64,000 nucleotides of DNA from Leucoraja erinacea (GCF_028641065.1 NC_073387.1:28706001-28770000); one strand, 5' to 3'; numbered from the stretch's first letter, positions 10,533-22,850 are shown. Notes: generated from the sequence alone by a model not told the origin. Numbers and translations: made by a program.

Positions 10533-11419
10533 CATAAGGCACTCGTGGTGATGGACAGTGAAGCCTCCACACAGGGTGGATTCTTATTACTTTCAGTGAG
10601 TCTTTCAAGGTTTATTCAACATAGAGAAGACAGATTCAACCACAGATGGAGGATGGTAGGTGAAAATATGGATGTTTTCTTTCCCTTAGCTATTTGCTTT
10701 GATCTGTATTCCATCATGCTTCCACCTCCAATGGGTCTGTCCTACAGGTGCCATAGTTCGCAATCGGGTATTGTGATGGAGCAGTCTGGCATATTATCTG
10801 TAAGGTGTGGTTCTGTGAATTCCCAGCTCTATTCAATGGGACAAGCTCTCCTGAACTTTGTGAGGTGAACTATTTAAGGCTAAACTAGGCTGAGAGCGAC
10901 TTTATCATGTTTGATGCTTAAGTTGAAGCTGGACAGATTTATCTTCTGCTGTTTTAATGTAGCAGCTATGATACAACTAATATACAACTAATGTGATCTC
11001 ACCTAACATAAATTTACATTTCTAGTGTGGGAAAAAGCCTTTTTTTCTGAACAGACCACAGAGCCCATGCTGAATATCAACAGCAACCTACAAAATCTAA
11101 TTTTACTCCCTCAATATCCAGGTGGTCACTGATCACAACAGCAAGAATTTTATCATGCTAAATGTCAGGTGGCCTGGGTAATCAAATGACTTATTTGTTC
11201 TTATGGAGTCTTCATTGCCTGACATTCTTTAGTGGATAGCTCTGTTTTATGAGATTGGCCTTGAGGGACAAAGGTACCCACCTTTCTGGACAACAGTGCA
11301 CAATCCTATACTCCAGCTGTGTGCACCATTGTGGCAGCTGTAGTCCTACAAGGACATTAATGGAGAAAACTAACAACCTGCTAAAAGTTGAATTGAAACA
11401 GCCTTTTCAGTTGGAGGGT

Positions 11420-11603
11420 GGGATCAAGGAACGAGCTTTCATGTCGCGGCCCAGTTTTCACCAATCTTTCCACCACCACGCACAAGAAGCACAAGAAGCG
11501 CAAGAAGCGCAAGACAGACACCATTGTATGCAGTTGCCGAGAAATGTGTTCAGCTCTGGCTGAACAACTTCTAATCTTGTGTGTGGACTCGATAAGAAGA
11601 AGA
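11420..11603 (+). mobile_element. Short non-autonomous retroposon, Ingi/Vingi-like, with (AAG)n tail
   Basis: 12-bp TSD AGTTGGAGGGTG (11409-11420) / AGTTAGAGGGTG (11604-11615); ends GACTCGAT(AAG)n. Confidence 0.6.
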
Positions 11604-11619
11604 AGTTAGAGGGTGCAGT

Positions 11620-11965
11620 CTATTCCCATTGGACATGAATATGTTGTGACCTTTGCTCTGTAATCTGACTCCCTGCTCTTTCCCATCCTCCCTGTCCCAC
11701 ATTTCTCTCTCCAGCTTTACATTTGTCACTTACTCCACCCATCTGCCATTCACGTTTTAAATTCACCCGCATCCAACTGTCACTTCCTGGTCTTTGCCCC
11801 ACTTCTCTTTTCCAGCTTTTTGCTCCCTACTCCTGAGGTCTGACGAAGGGTTCCAATCCAAAATGTCATCTGCTCATTTCCCTCACGGATGCTACCTGAC
11901 CTGCCAAGTTTCTTTTTAGCACTTTATTTTTGCTCAAGATTTCAGCATCTATAGTTGCATGTGTG
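11620..11965 (+). mobile_element. Decayed Penelope 3' region
   Basis: ctgacgaagggttccaatccaaaatgtcatc...gatgctacctgacctgc motif. Confidence 0.6.
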
Positions 11966-14074
11966 ACACCAAGTGATATGTCTGGGGACTGGCTAAATGA
12001 TAGTGCTCGGATCAACCCAGGAATAGACCATCATTTCACCTCCAAATCGTGGGATAGTTGATATGTTGTGAATCACGCATCTTTGTTCTTCTCCTTGGAT
12101 TCAGTTCTTTGCACAACCAAGAGAGGAGTGTGAAAGAAGATGGGACAGGGGTCATGGAACTTTATGAGGTACACTTGCCTCTACTCCACTTCAGGCTGGA
12201 GAGTATTGTAGTATCCTTTGGCTCATTTAGGAATTGTGTATGATTTTGATCATTATGAAAGGGCAATACTTACACTGGGGTTATAATATTCCATGCAGAA
12301 TTTCTTCATTGTCTGGGATTTTTTTTTTTGTATGACAAGTGGTTTGTCCGATGGGCCTCCCATTCCCTCTGCCATAAAGGACCACTGTCCTGCCACGTAC
12401 CGAAACTTCTGAGATCACCTGGGATCTCTTGACACTTTCTCTTACACATGCATGATGACTATTTTTGCTGGTGTCATGGGAAGAGTTCCTTTAAGGGCTA
12501 ATACCCTTCTCCGGTCACTGCACAGAAAAATCAGCCTGGTCCCATAATGCAGGTCATATTTTTGAGTCATAAACATGCTAATGTCTTTGCAATTTCACAA
12601 TCATTTTATGGGTTACAGTTCAGGAAGCAAATGCATGATGTTTGACAGAAAGGTAAATTCTAATTTCTAGGCAATGGTATTTGACAAACTTTATGCAAAA
12701 TCTAGCATAATTTAGTAAACCTTGTGTAATGCATTGCTGGCATATTTGCATCATATATATTTTAAGAATGACCTAATTCTTGAAACTTGGTCTTTATTTA
12801 GGGAGTGCTGTCAACTGCACTACCAGTTTCCATTTCATGGAAGCAATGGCAAATTTAAAAATCACTGCCTATGTTATTGAATGATAAGGTCATCATTTAA
12901 TGCATGCCACAACATCCATATTAACAACTGAAAATTAATTCAACATTATTTCTAATGCTATAACCGTAGTAGAAGTGCAGGGAGATTCATTATTGCAGTT
13001 CTGAACCCAGAGAATTATTCATTATAAAACTGCAACCACAAAGTTGGAAAACTGAATAGATTTTTAGTCTATCAGTTATCCTTACAATTGATTGTTAAAT
13101 ATTTATAGAGGTGTATTGGAAAAATATGAAAACTAATTAGAAATCCCTTCAAAGATTAAAACAATTTCATCTATGAGTTTTCTTTTCTGAAATTATGCCA
13201 TATCCACAATGTGAAAGTCCTTCAGAATATCAATTCAGTAATAAACTGGCATAGCACCAGTTCACAGCCAGGCTTTTTTCAGGCCCATTTATCTTGTTCA
13301 CTTCTGGCTTTGCCGCTCTAATTCCCTTTGCATCATTTAACCCTGTATCTATCACTGCTGTCTTCTATGCAGTATTTCAGTTCCTGATCTTGTATTTGAA
13401 TCCTGCTTTATTACATCCCTTTACATGTAAAGCCACCTTTCCACGGATTGGAATTCTTTAACACACTTCACTGATTCTGGCCTTGTTACAGCAGTTAGAT
13501 ACAGGAAGTTGCATACACTTGCATTCTCCAAAGTGTAGACCATTGCTTTACATATCCAGGAATATATGTGGTTAAGGTAACAACACTATACATTGGAGTC
13601 AGACTGATGAAGAGTCCTGACCTGAAACATCACCTATTACTCCTTCCACAGATGTTGCCTGACCTGTTGAGTTACTTCAGTACTTTGTGTTTTACTTGAT
13701 ATTATACATTACCCATTTGTCTCTGAGCAATTTACCTTGGGTTCTCAGGAGGCTGCGTTGTTCAGTATGTGTGGCTGGTGCAACTTTGCTACCAACATTA
13801 AAGCAGTAAAGTGGTGGCAGTGATGCCTGTCACATAATGCACAATGAAATGTTGTGCCCGCCTAAATTCTGGTCAGTGACGACAAGTCCAGTAAATGAAT
13901 ATAAAAAAAAACAAGCCATGGATATCCTAGCTGCTTCTCTGTCAACATGATTAAAGATGTTATTTTGTCTACCAAATCAACACCTAATACTCACATTTTA
14001 TTTGCTCTGCAAATTAAATATTTTTAAAACATTGAATCGGGGGCAATGAATTCACTGACCAACAAAAAGCCAAG

Positions 14075-14345
14075 ACATGAAGAAACTCAGTGGATCAGGC
14101 AGCATCTGTGGAGGGAAATGGAGGACAACCTTTTGGATTGGCATCTTTCTCCAGTATGAAATGGGCCCCCCAAATAAAACATCAATTAGCCCAAGAAGGG
14201 TCCGACCAGAAACGCTGGTCAGTCTTGAGAATGGTCCCGACCTGAAACATCATCAGTCCATTTCCCTCCACAAATGCAGCTTGACCAGCTGAGTTGTTTG
14301 TGTTTTGCTCAAGATTCCCCAGTAACTGCAGTCTTTTGTGTCTCT
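14075..14345. mobile_element. Inverted pair of Penelope termini
   Basis: aactcagtggatcaggcagcatctgtggagggaaatgg ... ccatttccctccacaaatgcagcttgaccagctgagtt. Confidence 0.65.
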
Positions 14346-15255
14346 ATGAATTCATGAGAGTAAGTTTCCTCAAATAGACATCACTTTTTTTTGCTCCTTG
14401 TACTATCATGGAACTCCCAATGCTGGTATCACACCAACTCACAGATTATTCACCAGCAGCCTCTACCGACAATATTGAATATAGTTCTCAGTCCTTTATG
14501 ATATCTGTAGCTTCTTCCACATTAAATGTTCAGTAAAGCAAGTAACCAAAATAGAACGTCTGACCAAATGTCTTTTGTAAAGATGAATAACTAACAGCAG
14601 TTGCTGAAGGAAAACAATGTATCAAAAGACCTACCACACGGAACTAATAGTTCTTAAAGCTGTCAAAATATTTTACACTCTTGCTCAAGTGACCATTAAA
14701 GCCAGCAGCAATTCACAGTTCAGTCTAAGGAAGCACTATAGTTCTTCCCTCTCCAGCTATTTGACCCCGGGAACAATGAATCCTGATCATCAGTGGAAAT
14801 CAAGACCATTTGTTTATTTTTTTTACTTTGTAATCCTGAGGACACCATACGGTATCCATTATTTCCTACCAGAATAAATGACAACAGGAATTCATGGGAG
14901 GCTGTTAAAGGAAGAAACTCTCAACGAGTTATTCTTCCACAGCCTAAGATTCTAAAACCAAGTATACAACCTTTCTGTTAGTGTTCTGCTTCATATCAAT
15001 TGGCATTTAATATGAGATTTTCTGATCCACAGGATTCAGTGTCACATTATGTTTATTGAACAAGTTGATTATCTTTCTTTGCCTTTGTTGGGTACCTATG
15101 GTATATCTGGTTTTACCCTTCATGTCAAATGATCTAATATAGCAGATGCTTCTCAACACCGGGGCTTTAAACAAAGGGAAAAAAGAAAGGAAATAAATGT
15201 ATCTCTAATCACCAACACTATCAATGCACAAATATCAGCTGGTGGATAGGTTTAC

Positions 15256-15339
15256 CTTATGCACCGGCGAGTCAATGGTCCAAATGTCACGAGATGAGTC
15301 TGCATTTTGTTCCATCGACCAAAAATAAGTTTCTCCCTC
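15256..15339 (-). CDS. Candidate 84-nt host exon, gene unidentified
   Basis: Non-repetitive; acceptor tttgtgctctgtag and donor AAG|gtaaac; two open frames. Confidence 0.35.
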
Positions 15340-16089
15340 CTACAGAGCACAAATATCTCTCCTCTGGGTTTGTATCAATACATCTGTCACTTACAGTATA
15401 GTGTGGCACTTCATATCTCAGGTCTATCTCAACAACTCTATTTATAACCCACCTTTATCTCAGCTTTTTTTTTGTGCGTGTCTTACTTTGTTCTTTTATT
15501 TGTGTTTTAGATCTTTCCTTTCTTTGTGTGTTAGTAATGACAGTCACGTTTTCCCTATTGTAATGCTACCCAACAAAGGGGTAACATTTTAACTTATGAA
15601 ATTACATACAATCAGGCCACCATTGCGGAGGCATTAACTCAATTTATGGGTGCTCCCATGGCAACAGAACAGCTGCTGCTGTTGCCAAGCCGACTGCAAG
15701 ATAAGTTCCCATAAAACAGAAACTGCACTCTTTTACTGCACTTTTTTACTCAGCTCCAGCAGATGGTACAATCCACACAGTGAATTTCAAAGCAAATCTT
15801 CCTTCTCCTCTCCCTGACCCACTGAGACTGAGATAGTAAATGAGCAAGAAAATGAAGTAATAAAATCAAGAGAAAGTTTTAAAATGTCCCATTAAAGGGA
15901 GTTTATGGCACTTGTCTGGCAATTCACATATATCCTGCTAAACATTTAAGCTACAGGAGATGGTAATATTTGACCACAATGGCACAGAGAAACAAAATCT
16001 CTCTGACAAGGAGCAGAATAATTATCCCATAAGAACTGCCACCACTCCTCAAAATTAGACTCCGAGTCTCTCTATAAAACCAACTTGTG

Positions 16090-16256
16090 CGGAGCGGAGT
16101 CAGGGGATATGGGGAGAAGGCAGGACCGGGGTACTGATTGGGGATGATCAGCCATGATCACATTGAATGGTGATACTGGCTCGAAGGGCCGAATGGCCTA
16201 CTCCTGCACCTATTGCTATTGTCTATTGTCTATTGTCTATTGTCTATTGTCTATTG
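16090..16256 (+). mobile_element. CR1 3' end with (CTATTGT)n tail
   Basis: gatcagccatgatcacattgaatgg...gggccgaatggcctactcctgcacc. Confidence 0.85.
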
Positions 16257-16519
16257 TGAAGGTAGTCATCACTCTGTAAATCATACTCTATCTAAATTAT
16301 GCATTTCAGGTTCAATTTAATGAATGTAGTGTATTTTTTGTCATTACAGAACTATTGTAATGGATGCTTCATTCTTGTTTATATATCATCACTATTACAA
16401 AATATTGAACAATCATGTGATTAATTACCAGCCTTTCTTTCTGGTGAATTATTTTACTTGAACTGTGTGACAAGATGTCTGCTTCTATACCTCAGCATTT
16501 AGTTTTTAATTAATGTCAT

Positions 16520-17310
16520 GGAGTCATAGATTTATAGTCTTACAGCATAAAAACAGGCCTTTCGGCCCAAACTGCCCACACCCGCAAACATGTCCCATCT
16601 ATACTAGTCCTATCTGCCTACATTTGCCCCTTATCCCTCTAAACTTGCCCTATCGATGTACCTTTCTAAATGTAGCAATAATACCTGCCTCAACTATCTC
16701 CCTGAGCAGCTCATTTCATATACCCACCACTCTTTCAGTCAAAATTTACCCCTCAGGTAAGGGCCTGTCCCACTTGGGCGTCATTTGCACGTCATGCAGG
16801 TGACGCGCAAAGATTTTGTGAATCCCAAAATCCTGAGGCGCGACCGCGCATTACTGCTTACATCACCACGCACCATGCACGCTTAATGGACACCACGCGT
16901 GTGTAATAATGCACACCATACGCACGCGTCATGCGTCGTGACGTGTAAATGATGTTGCGCAAATGACGTGCAAATGATGTCCAAGTGGGACAGACCCTGT
17001 ACCCATTAAATCTTTCACACCACACCTTAAACCTATGTCCTCTGGTTCTTGATTCCCCTCCACTGGGCAAGAGACTCTGCATCTTCTCGATCTATTCCTC
17101 TCATGATTTTGTACCACCTCTATACGATCACCTCTCATCCTCCTGCACTCCAAGGAATAGAGTCCTAGCCTGCTCAACCTCTCCCTATTGCTCAGTCCCA
17201 CGAGTCCTGGCAACAATCTCGCAAATATTCTCTGCTCCCTTTACAGTTTGACAACATCTTTCCTATAACATGGTACCCAGAACTGAACACAATACTATAA
17301 ATGTGGCCTC
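16520..17310 (-). mobile_element. CR1 3' fragment interrupted by a MITE
   Basis: ORFs read RERLSRLGLYSLECRRMRGD and ESRTRGHRFKV. Confidence 0.85.
16760..16998. mobile_element. PIF/Harbinger-like MITE
   Basis: TIR AGGGCCTGTCCCACTTGG / CCAAGTGGGACAGACCCT; 3-bp TSD GTA. Confidence 0.8.
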
Positions 17311-18183
17311 ATATTTGCATATTTGTGCACTGCTAGAAATCAATGAAGAGCAAGCAAAGATGAATAATCTAATTATCCGCTCTATTGCCAGGGGTATCAA
17401 AACCAACATTCACTGAAATTGATTAATTGGTATTGGTATTGGTTTATTATTGTCACGTGAACCAAGATAGAGTGAAAAACTTTGTCTGCAGGCTAAACAG
17501 TCAAAACATATTATACATGAGGACAATCAAGCCATACCCCTACATTCTTATCCAAAAAGTATTAACTTGTATTTATCAGGATTAAATTCCATCACCCAAT
17601 ATAAGTACAATAAATGCATGACCATCTATCTAATACAGGTGCACAACCTTTGACCCGAAATTCCAAATAACGAAAAGCTCCGAATAGCGGACATTTTTTC
17701 GGTCCTTGAAGTAAGGTCCTTGCAGAGGTGACAGCGGAACCTCCGGTCGGTCCACGAAGAAAGGGGAACTAAATCCCCATTCATAAAAGAGAAGGTGAGG
17801 GTATATTGCACGGGAGGGTTAATAATTGACAATCTGCTGCTGCCTGCCCGCTGAGTTAATAGGTTCCCACGGTAGACTCACGATACACATCGTGAGTCTT
17901 GCCGTGGGAACTTTTTAACTCAGCGGGCAGGCAGCAGCAGATTGTCGCTCCCTTCAGTTTCACCCCACCTACACCCCTCTCCTCCCCATCTCCCCGCCCA
18001 TTGCACCGGCGCGGAGGCTTTGCACTGTCTTCACGTCGGCGATGCCAGCAGGTCAGTGCCAGTCACCGGAGACGTCAGGACCAACGGGACACCGACCCCC
18101 AGGCCCACTGCAAGCACGGAGATCCCAGAGACCCACAGCCAGCAGCAGCCCAGCCCCGTTCCAACTCCAGAGGAACACGCTCC

Positions 18184-18919
18184 CCGTAGGGACAGAAGCT
18201 GATGGTGTGCAAGGTTCGTCTTGTTCTTGGGGTTGCGGATGAGGGGGTGCAGCTCGGGCTGTGACGTCTCCGGCCACCCCCCTGTACAGGAGCTGAGACT
18301 GGGAACTGTACCGCCCTTGCAGGAGAGTGGGGTTGTTTGCAGTTGCAGAGGGAGGGGGCAAGGGCGGTACAGTTCCCAGTCTCAGCTCCTGTCCAGGGGG
18401 GTGGCCAGAGACGTCAGGACCAATGGGACACCGACTGCAAGCACGGAGATCCCAGAGACTCACAGCCAGCAGCAACTCTAGCCCAGCCCCGCTGCAACTC
18501 CAGAGGAACCCAGGTGGCGGATGAGGGGGCGCAGCTCGGGCTGTGGGCAAACTGCCACGTCGCTGTAGCGGCCCATTGGGGAGCGGGTTCCTGTTGGTCC
18601 TGACGTCTCTGGCCACCCCCCTGGACAGGAGCTGAGGGACCTCAGGACCACCAGAAGCCGCTCCCCGATGGGCCGCTACGGCGACAAGTGGCAGTTCGCC
18701 CACAGCCCGAGCTGCGCCCCCTCATTGGGACACCGACCCCCAGGCCCACTGCAAGCACGGAGATCCCAGATCAGCGACTCCAACCCAGCCCCGCTCCAAC
18801 TCCAGAGGAACACGCTCCCCGTAGGGGCAGAAGCTGATGGTGTGCAAGGTAAGTCTTGTTCTTGGGGTGGCGCAGCTCGGGCTGTGGGCGAACTGCCACT
18901 TGTCGCCGTAGCGGCCCAT
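18184..18919. pseudogene. ZFP36: Four scrambled ZFP36-family zinc-finger fragments in both orientations
   Basis: MGRYGDKWQFAH (+18668; -18919), HTISFCPYG (- ~18184 and ~18819), ELRPLIRH (- ~18513); symbol denotes the family. Confidence 0.8.
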
Positions 18920-19149
18920 CGGGGAGCGGATTCCTCTGGAGTTGGAGGGACAGGGAGACACAGTGGCTTTTGAGAATGGAGGGCAATCACTTCCAAAGTT
19001 CTGCCCACACAGTCAGTACACCTCTCCTACACTTGTCTCCCGCACTAAGATCATCTCGCAGAGAATGATCCCAGCCTAACCCTCCCTATTCTCTCCTATT
19101 CTGCAAGAAAAAACTACATTGAAGACTCAAACTCGCGATCGAGTAACTG

Positions 19150-19216
19150 CCGGGATCGAGGCGCAAACTCGCAACCTTGCGGATATGAGCCGAGCACTCT
19201 ACCACTGAGCCAGCCG
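19150..19216 (-). other. tRNA-Met(CAT)-like sequence or SINE head inside the TIR element
   Basis: GCTC-AGTGGTA-GAGT D arm, CGG-CTCATAT-CCG anticodon arm, CGAG-TTTGCGC-CTCG T arm; no good acceptor stem. Confidence 0.5.
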
Positions 19217-19436
19217 TTAAAATCTACGCTAAAAATCTTCCATTCCGAAAGCCGAAAAATTCCGAATTACGAAAAGTGTCTGGTCCCAAGGCTTTCGGAT
19301 AAAAGGTTGTGCACCTGTACAAGATGAACAAATATTATTATTTTTTAAACACAAAATGTTTGACTAACTCAGCAGGGATCAAGCAGCATCTCTGGAGGAC
19401 ATCGATAGATGACATTTTGGGTCAGGACTCTTCCTT

Positions 19437-19752
19437 AGATAGATATAGATATGCCATTTATTGTCACTATACATGTACAGTGAAACTGAAAGCTGCTCGT
19501 ACTCAGTGCATACATACAATTTTAAAACAAAAAACAAGAAAAAGAAAAACAAAAGAGAAGGGAGATGGGGGGGGGGGAATAGGTGCACAAATTCTACGGC
19601 GCTACATACATATATACATATATACAGATGGAAGTCCGTGTTGGGCGGTGTAGTCAGTGCATGTGTGGATTTGAATTTATGGTAGATATAATTCTCGGGA
19701 AGCAGCTATTCCTGAGTCTGTTTGTCCTGGATTTGATGCACCTATAGCGCCT
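19437..19752 (-). mobile_element. Rex1-like non-LTR 3' end
   Basis: Minus strand RRYRCIKSRTNRLRNSCFPR, then gtgacaataaa and an (atatct)n tail. Confidence 0.65.
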
Positions 19753-20054
19753 TAAACTTTGAAGAAGTACAGAATATTTCATCCACAACAATGTAGCTCA
19801 AAATTAACTATATCTGGGAACCTGAAACATTGCATGATTCAAATAATAAGATGGTGGTTGAAACTGCTTACACCATTCCATTGATGTTAAATGACTATTA
19901 TTTTTAATAGTGGGAAGTAAGATGAATCAGATCAGTTTTTCTTACCCTCTTTGTGAAAAATACTGAGGGAAAACTGGACATGTCTTTTCTAACATGGAAG
20001 TTTAAGACTTTTCCCTGAGCAGGTGTATTTGAGTTTAAAGCAATGCTAATCAAA

Positions 20055-21105
20055 TAAGGCTTCTGTTGTCCACGGATGGAAGTGAGAGAGGAGGTGTAGG
20101 GACAGATGTTAAATCTCCTGCGGTTGCAGGGGGAAGTACCATGGAGGAGGCAGGTTGGGTGGGAAGGAATGAATGAACCATGGATTTGCAGATAAACAGA
20201 TTTCTGTGGAAAGCAAAATGGAGTGGAGACAGGATGATATGATTGGTGATCAGATCACGATGAAAGTGGTGGAAATGTCAGAGAATGTTGTATGTGAAGG
20301 CTGGTGCGATGAAAGCTGAAGACCAGGCATTCTCTATTCTTGTTCTGACTGCAGGGTGAGGGTGCGAGCGGAGAAATGTGGACCACACAGGAAACACAAA
20401 TGATGACTCCATCCTCAGAAGCATGCAGTAAGCCACCACCTTACTGACGAAAGAAGACAAGTCGATGTCTTGGAATGGATAGACTTGTGTTAGGAGAAAA
20501 TATGGTGGACATTGAGAGTATGGACTGGCTTCCTTGCAAGAGGCAAGGAGGGAAGAAGTGGAGTCTTGATAACTGTGGAGGTCAGTGGTTTTATAGTAGA
20601 AATCAGTCAATAGGCAATCTCCTGTGATGAAGACAGTTCGAGAAAGGGGAGAGGGATATCAGAAATGTTCCAAATGATTTGAGGGCAGAGGGTAAGTTGG
20701 CGGTAAAGTTGATGAAATCAATGAGTTCTGCTTGGGTGCAGGAGGCAATCCCAATGCAGTCATCGATGCAGGAGAGAAAGAATTGGGGGATGGTGCCTTT
20801 CTACATTTGCAATAAGGACTGCTTGACATAACCAACAAAAAGGCAGCCATAGCTCTGCCCCATGCGGGTGCCGATGTGGATACACATTTAACATAGAAAA
20901 TTAATGGAGTAAAAGGAGAAGTTGTTGAGGGTGAGGATAGGTTCCGCCTAAAGGATGGAGGTTGTGAGAGATTGCCAGAGGTGATGAGATCAGTAAAGGT
21001 TTGTGGGATGTCGCCCTTTGTTTGTCAGTCGGGTCATGGTCAAGGGGAAGGTATGAGGAGGCATCTAAGAGCTCACATTTGACATCAATATGGTAGAGGT
21101 CAGTT
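20055..21105 (-). mobile_element. Decayed Penelope-like reverse transcriptase fragment
   Basis: GTRMGQSYGCLFVGYV; TDFYYKTTDLHSY...CKEASPYSQ. Confidence 0.85.
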
Positions 21106-21124
21106 AATCTTTCATGTTGTTTCG

Positions 21125-21485
21125 GAACATTGAAACATACAGAATAGTGAAAGACTTGGATAGAGTTGATGTGGAGAGGATGCTTCCACTAGTGGGAGAG
21201 AGTCTAGGTCATAGCCCCAGGACGTTCTTTTAGGAAGGAGATGAGGAGAAATTTCTTTAGTCGGATGGTGGTGAATCTGAAGAATTCTTTGCCACAGAAG
21301 GCTGTGGAGGCCATCAGTGGATATTTTTAAGGCAGAGATAGAGAGATTCTTGATTAGTACAGGTGTCAGAGGTTTTGGGAACAAGGCAAGTGAATGGGGT
21401 TAGGAGGGAGAGATAGATCAGCCATGATAAATGGTGAATTAGACTTGTTGAGCCAAATGGCCTAATTCTACTCCTATCACTTATG
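21125..21485 (+). mobile_element. CR1 3' fragment
   Basis: gaaacatacagaat...gatcagccatgat...ggcctaattctactcc. Confidence 0.8.
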
Positions 21486-22159
21486 CCTCTAATGAACTCG
21501 AAAAGGTTACTGATGGAACAGGTTTCAAACTAATACCACAAAGGCAAAGCACAAAGTGCTAGAGAACATCTGTAGATCAGGCAGTATCCGTGAAGGAAAA
21601 GGACTGATGATGTTATTGGGTCAGGATCCTTCTTCACACAATGAAGGATTTGGGAGGGAAGGAATAAACAAAAGGAAAGGTCTGGCACAGTTAATAGTGT
21701 GAAAGGCAGGAGAGATTTTTCTAACACAAGGTATAGTGGAGCTATATAAAAGTAGATGCTAATGCGACAATAATGAAATACAGGGTGTCAACAGGCAATA
21801 GTATGAGAACATCCTGTACAGAAAGAACAAATCAATGTTCAATCTATTGCCTGTACCTATTGTTATTAATGATGAGAGAATTTAAACGACAATCCCATTT
21901 ATCTAATAGAGGTACCAATAACTCACAGTATGTAGAGAAGACAACCAGATGGTTACACTATGCATCAGTAACCAGCAGTTTATTACTCATGACTGTTAAT
22001 GATCAGTAAGAGACTATCAATAGAGAATCTTAACTGAATAGGTTTATTGAAACACAGTAAGTGGCAATGAATGACTCAAGCCGAAGAATAAAACAATCTT
22101 GAGAGAACTCACACAATATTTAAGGGAATGAAGATTCAATTCAAAGAAAATCTGTCCAT

Positions 22160-22850
22160 GGAGTCATAGAATTGCACAGCACAGTAATGGCTTTTCAGCC
22201 TATCACATCCTTTTTGCCTGCCTACACTAATCCCACGCCTGCCTTGGGGCTGTATCCTTTTATTCCTGTCTAATTGTCCCCTAAACATAGTGATTGTATC
22301 TACCTCCACCACCTCCTCTAGCAGCAAGTTCCAGGCATCAATCATTCTCAGTGTAAAAATAAACTTTGACCTCAAAATGCCTTTAAAACTCCATTCTCTC
22401 ATTTTAAACCAATATCATCTTTTTTTTGATATCCCTACTAGTGGCAAAAATATTCTCACTTGCTGCGCTATCAATGACTTTTGTAATATTATAAACCTCA
22501 TTAGATCACCCCTCAACCTCTGCACTCCAGGGAAAAACTCCATCCTATCTAATCTCTCCCAATATTAAAAGTCCTCTGATCTAGGCAATATACTGTCGAA
22601 TCTTCTCTGCACTTTCTCCAGTACAACCACATCCTTCCTCTAACATGTAAACCAGAACTGCACACCATAAGAATCTTTAATTTTGTCCTTTCAATTATCA
22701 TACTCCATGTGCTGTCTAACCTGTGTTTTGTAATGTTGCAAAATAATGTCCCAGCTCTTACATTTGATGCCCTGGGCTATGAAGATAAGGATGCCATATA
22801 GACTCTTCACTGACCTATCTACCTGGATTATCACATTCAGGGACTAATGG
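22160..22850 (-). mobile_element. Old CR1 3' fragment
   Basis: FTLRMIDAWNLLLEEVVEVDTITMFR. Confidence 0.75.

Larger units (their letters stand above)
17636..19317. mobile_element. Non-autonomous Tc1/mariner (Tigger/pogo-like) element carrying captured ZFP36-family fragments
   Basis: TIR CAGGTGCACAACCTTT...CCGAAA / TTTCGG...AAAGGTTGTGCACCTG; TA TSD at 17634-17635 and 19318-19319; no transposase ORF. Confidence 0.9.

Noticed and set aside
12401-12517. Minus-strand segment with plausible splice sites
   Set aside because: Stops in all three frames across the segment; at most a UTR or first exon, unsupported
19150-19216. Functional tRNA-Met gene
   Set aside because: No proper acceptor stem, mutated T loop, located inside a transposon
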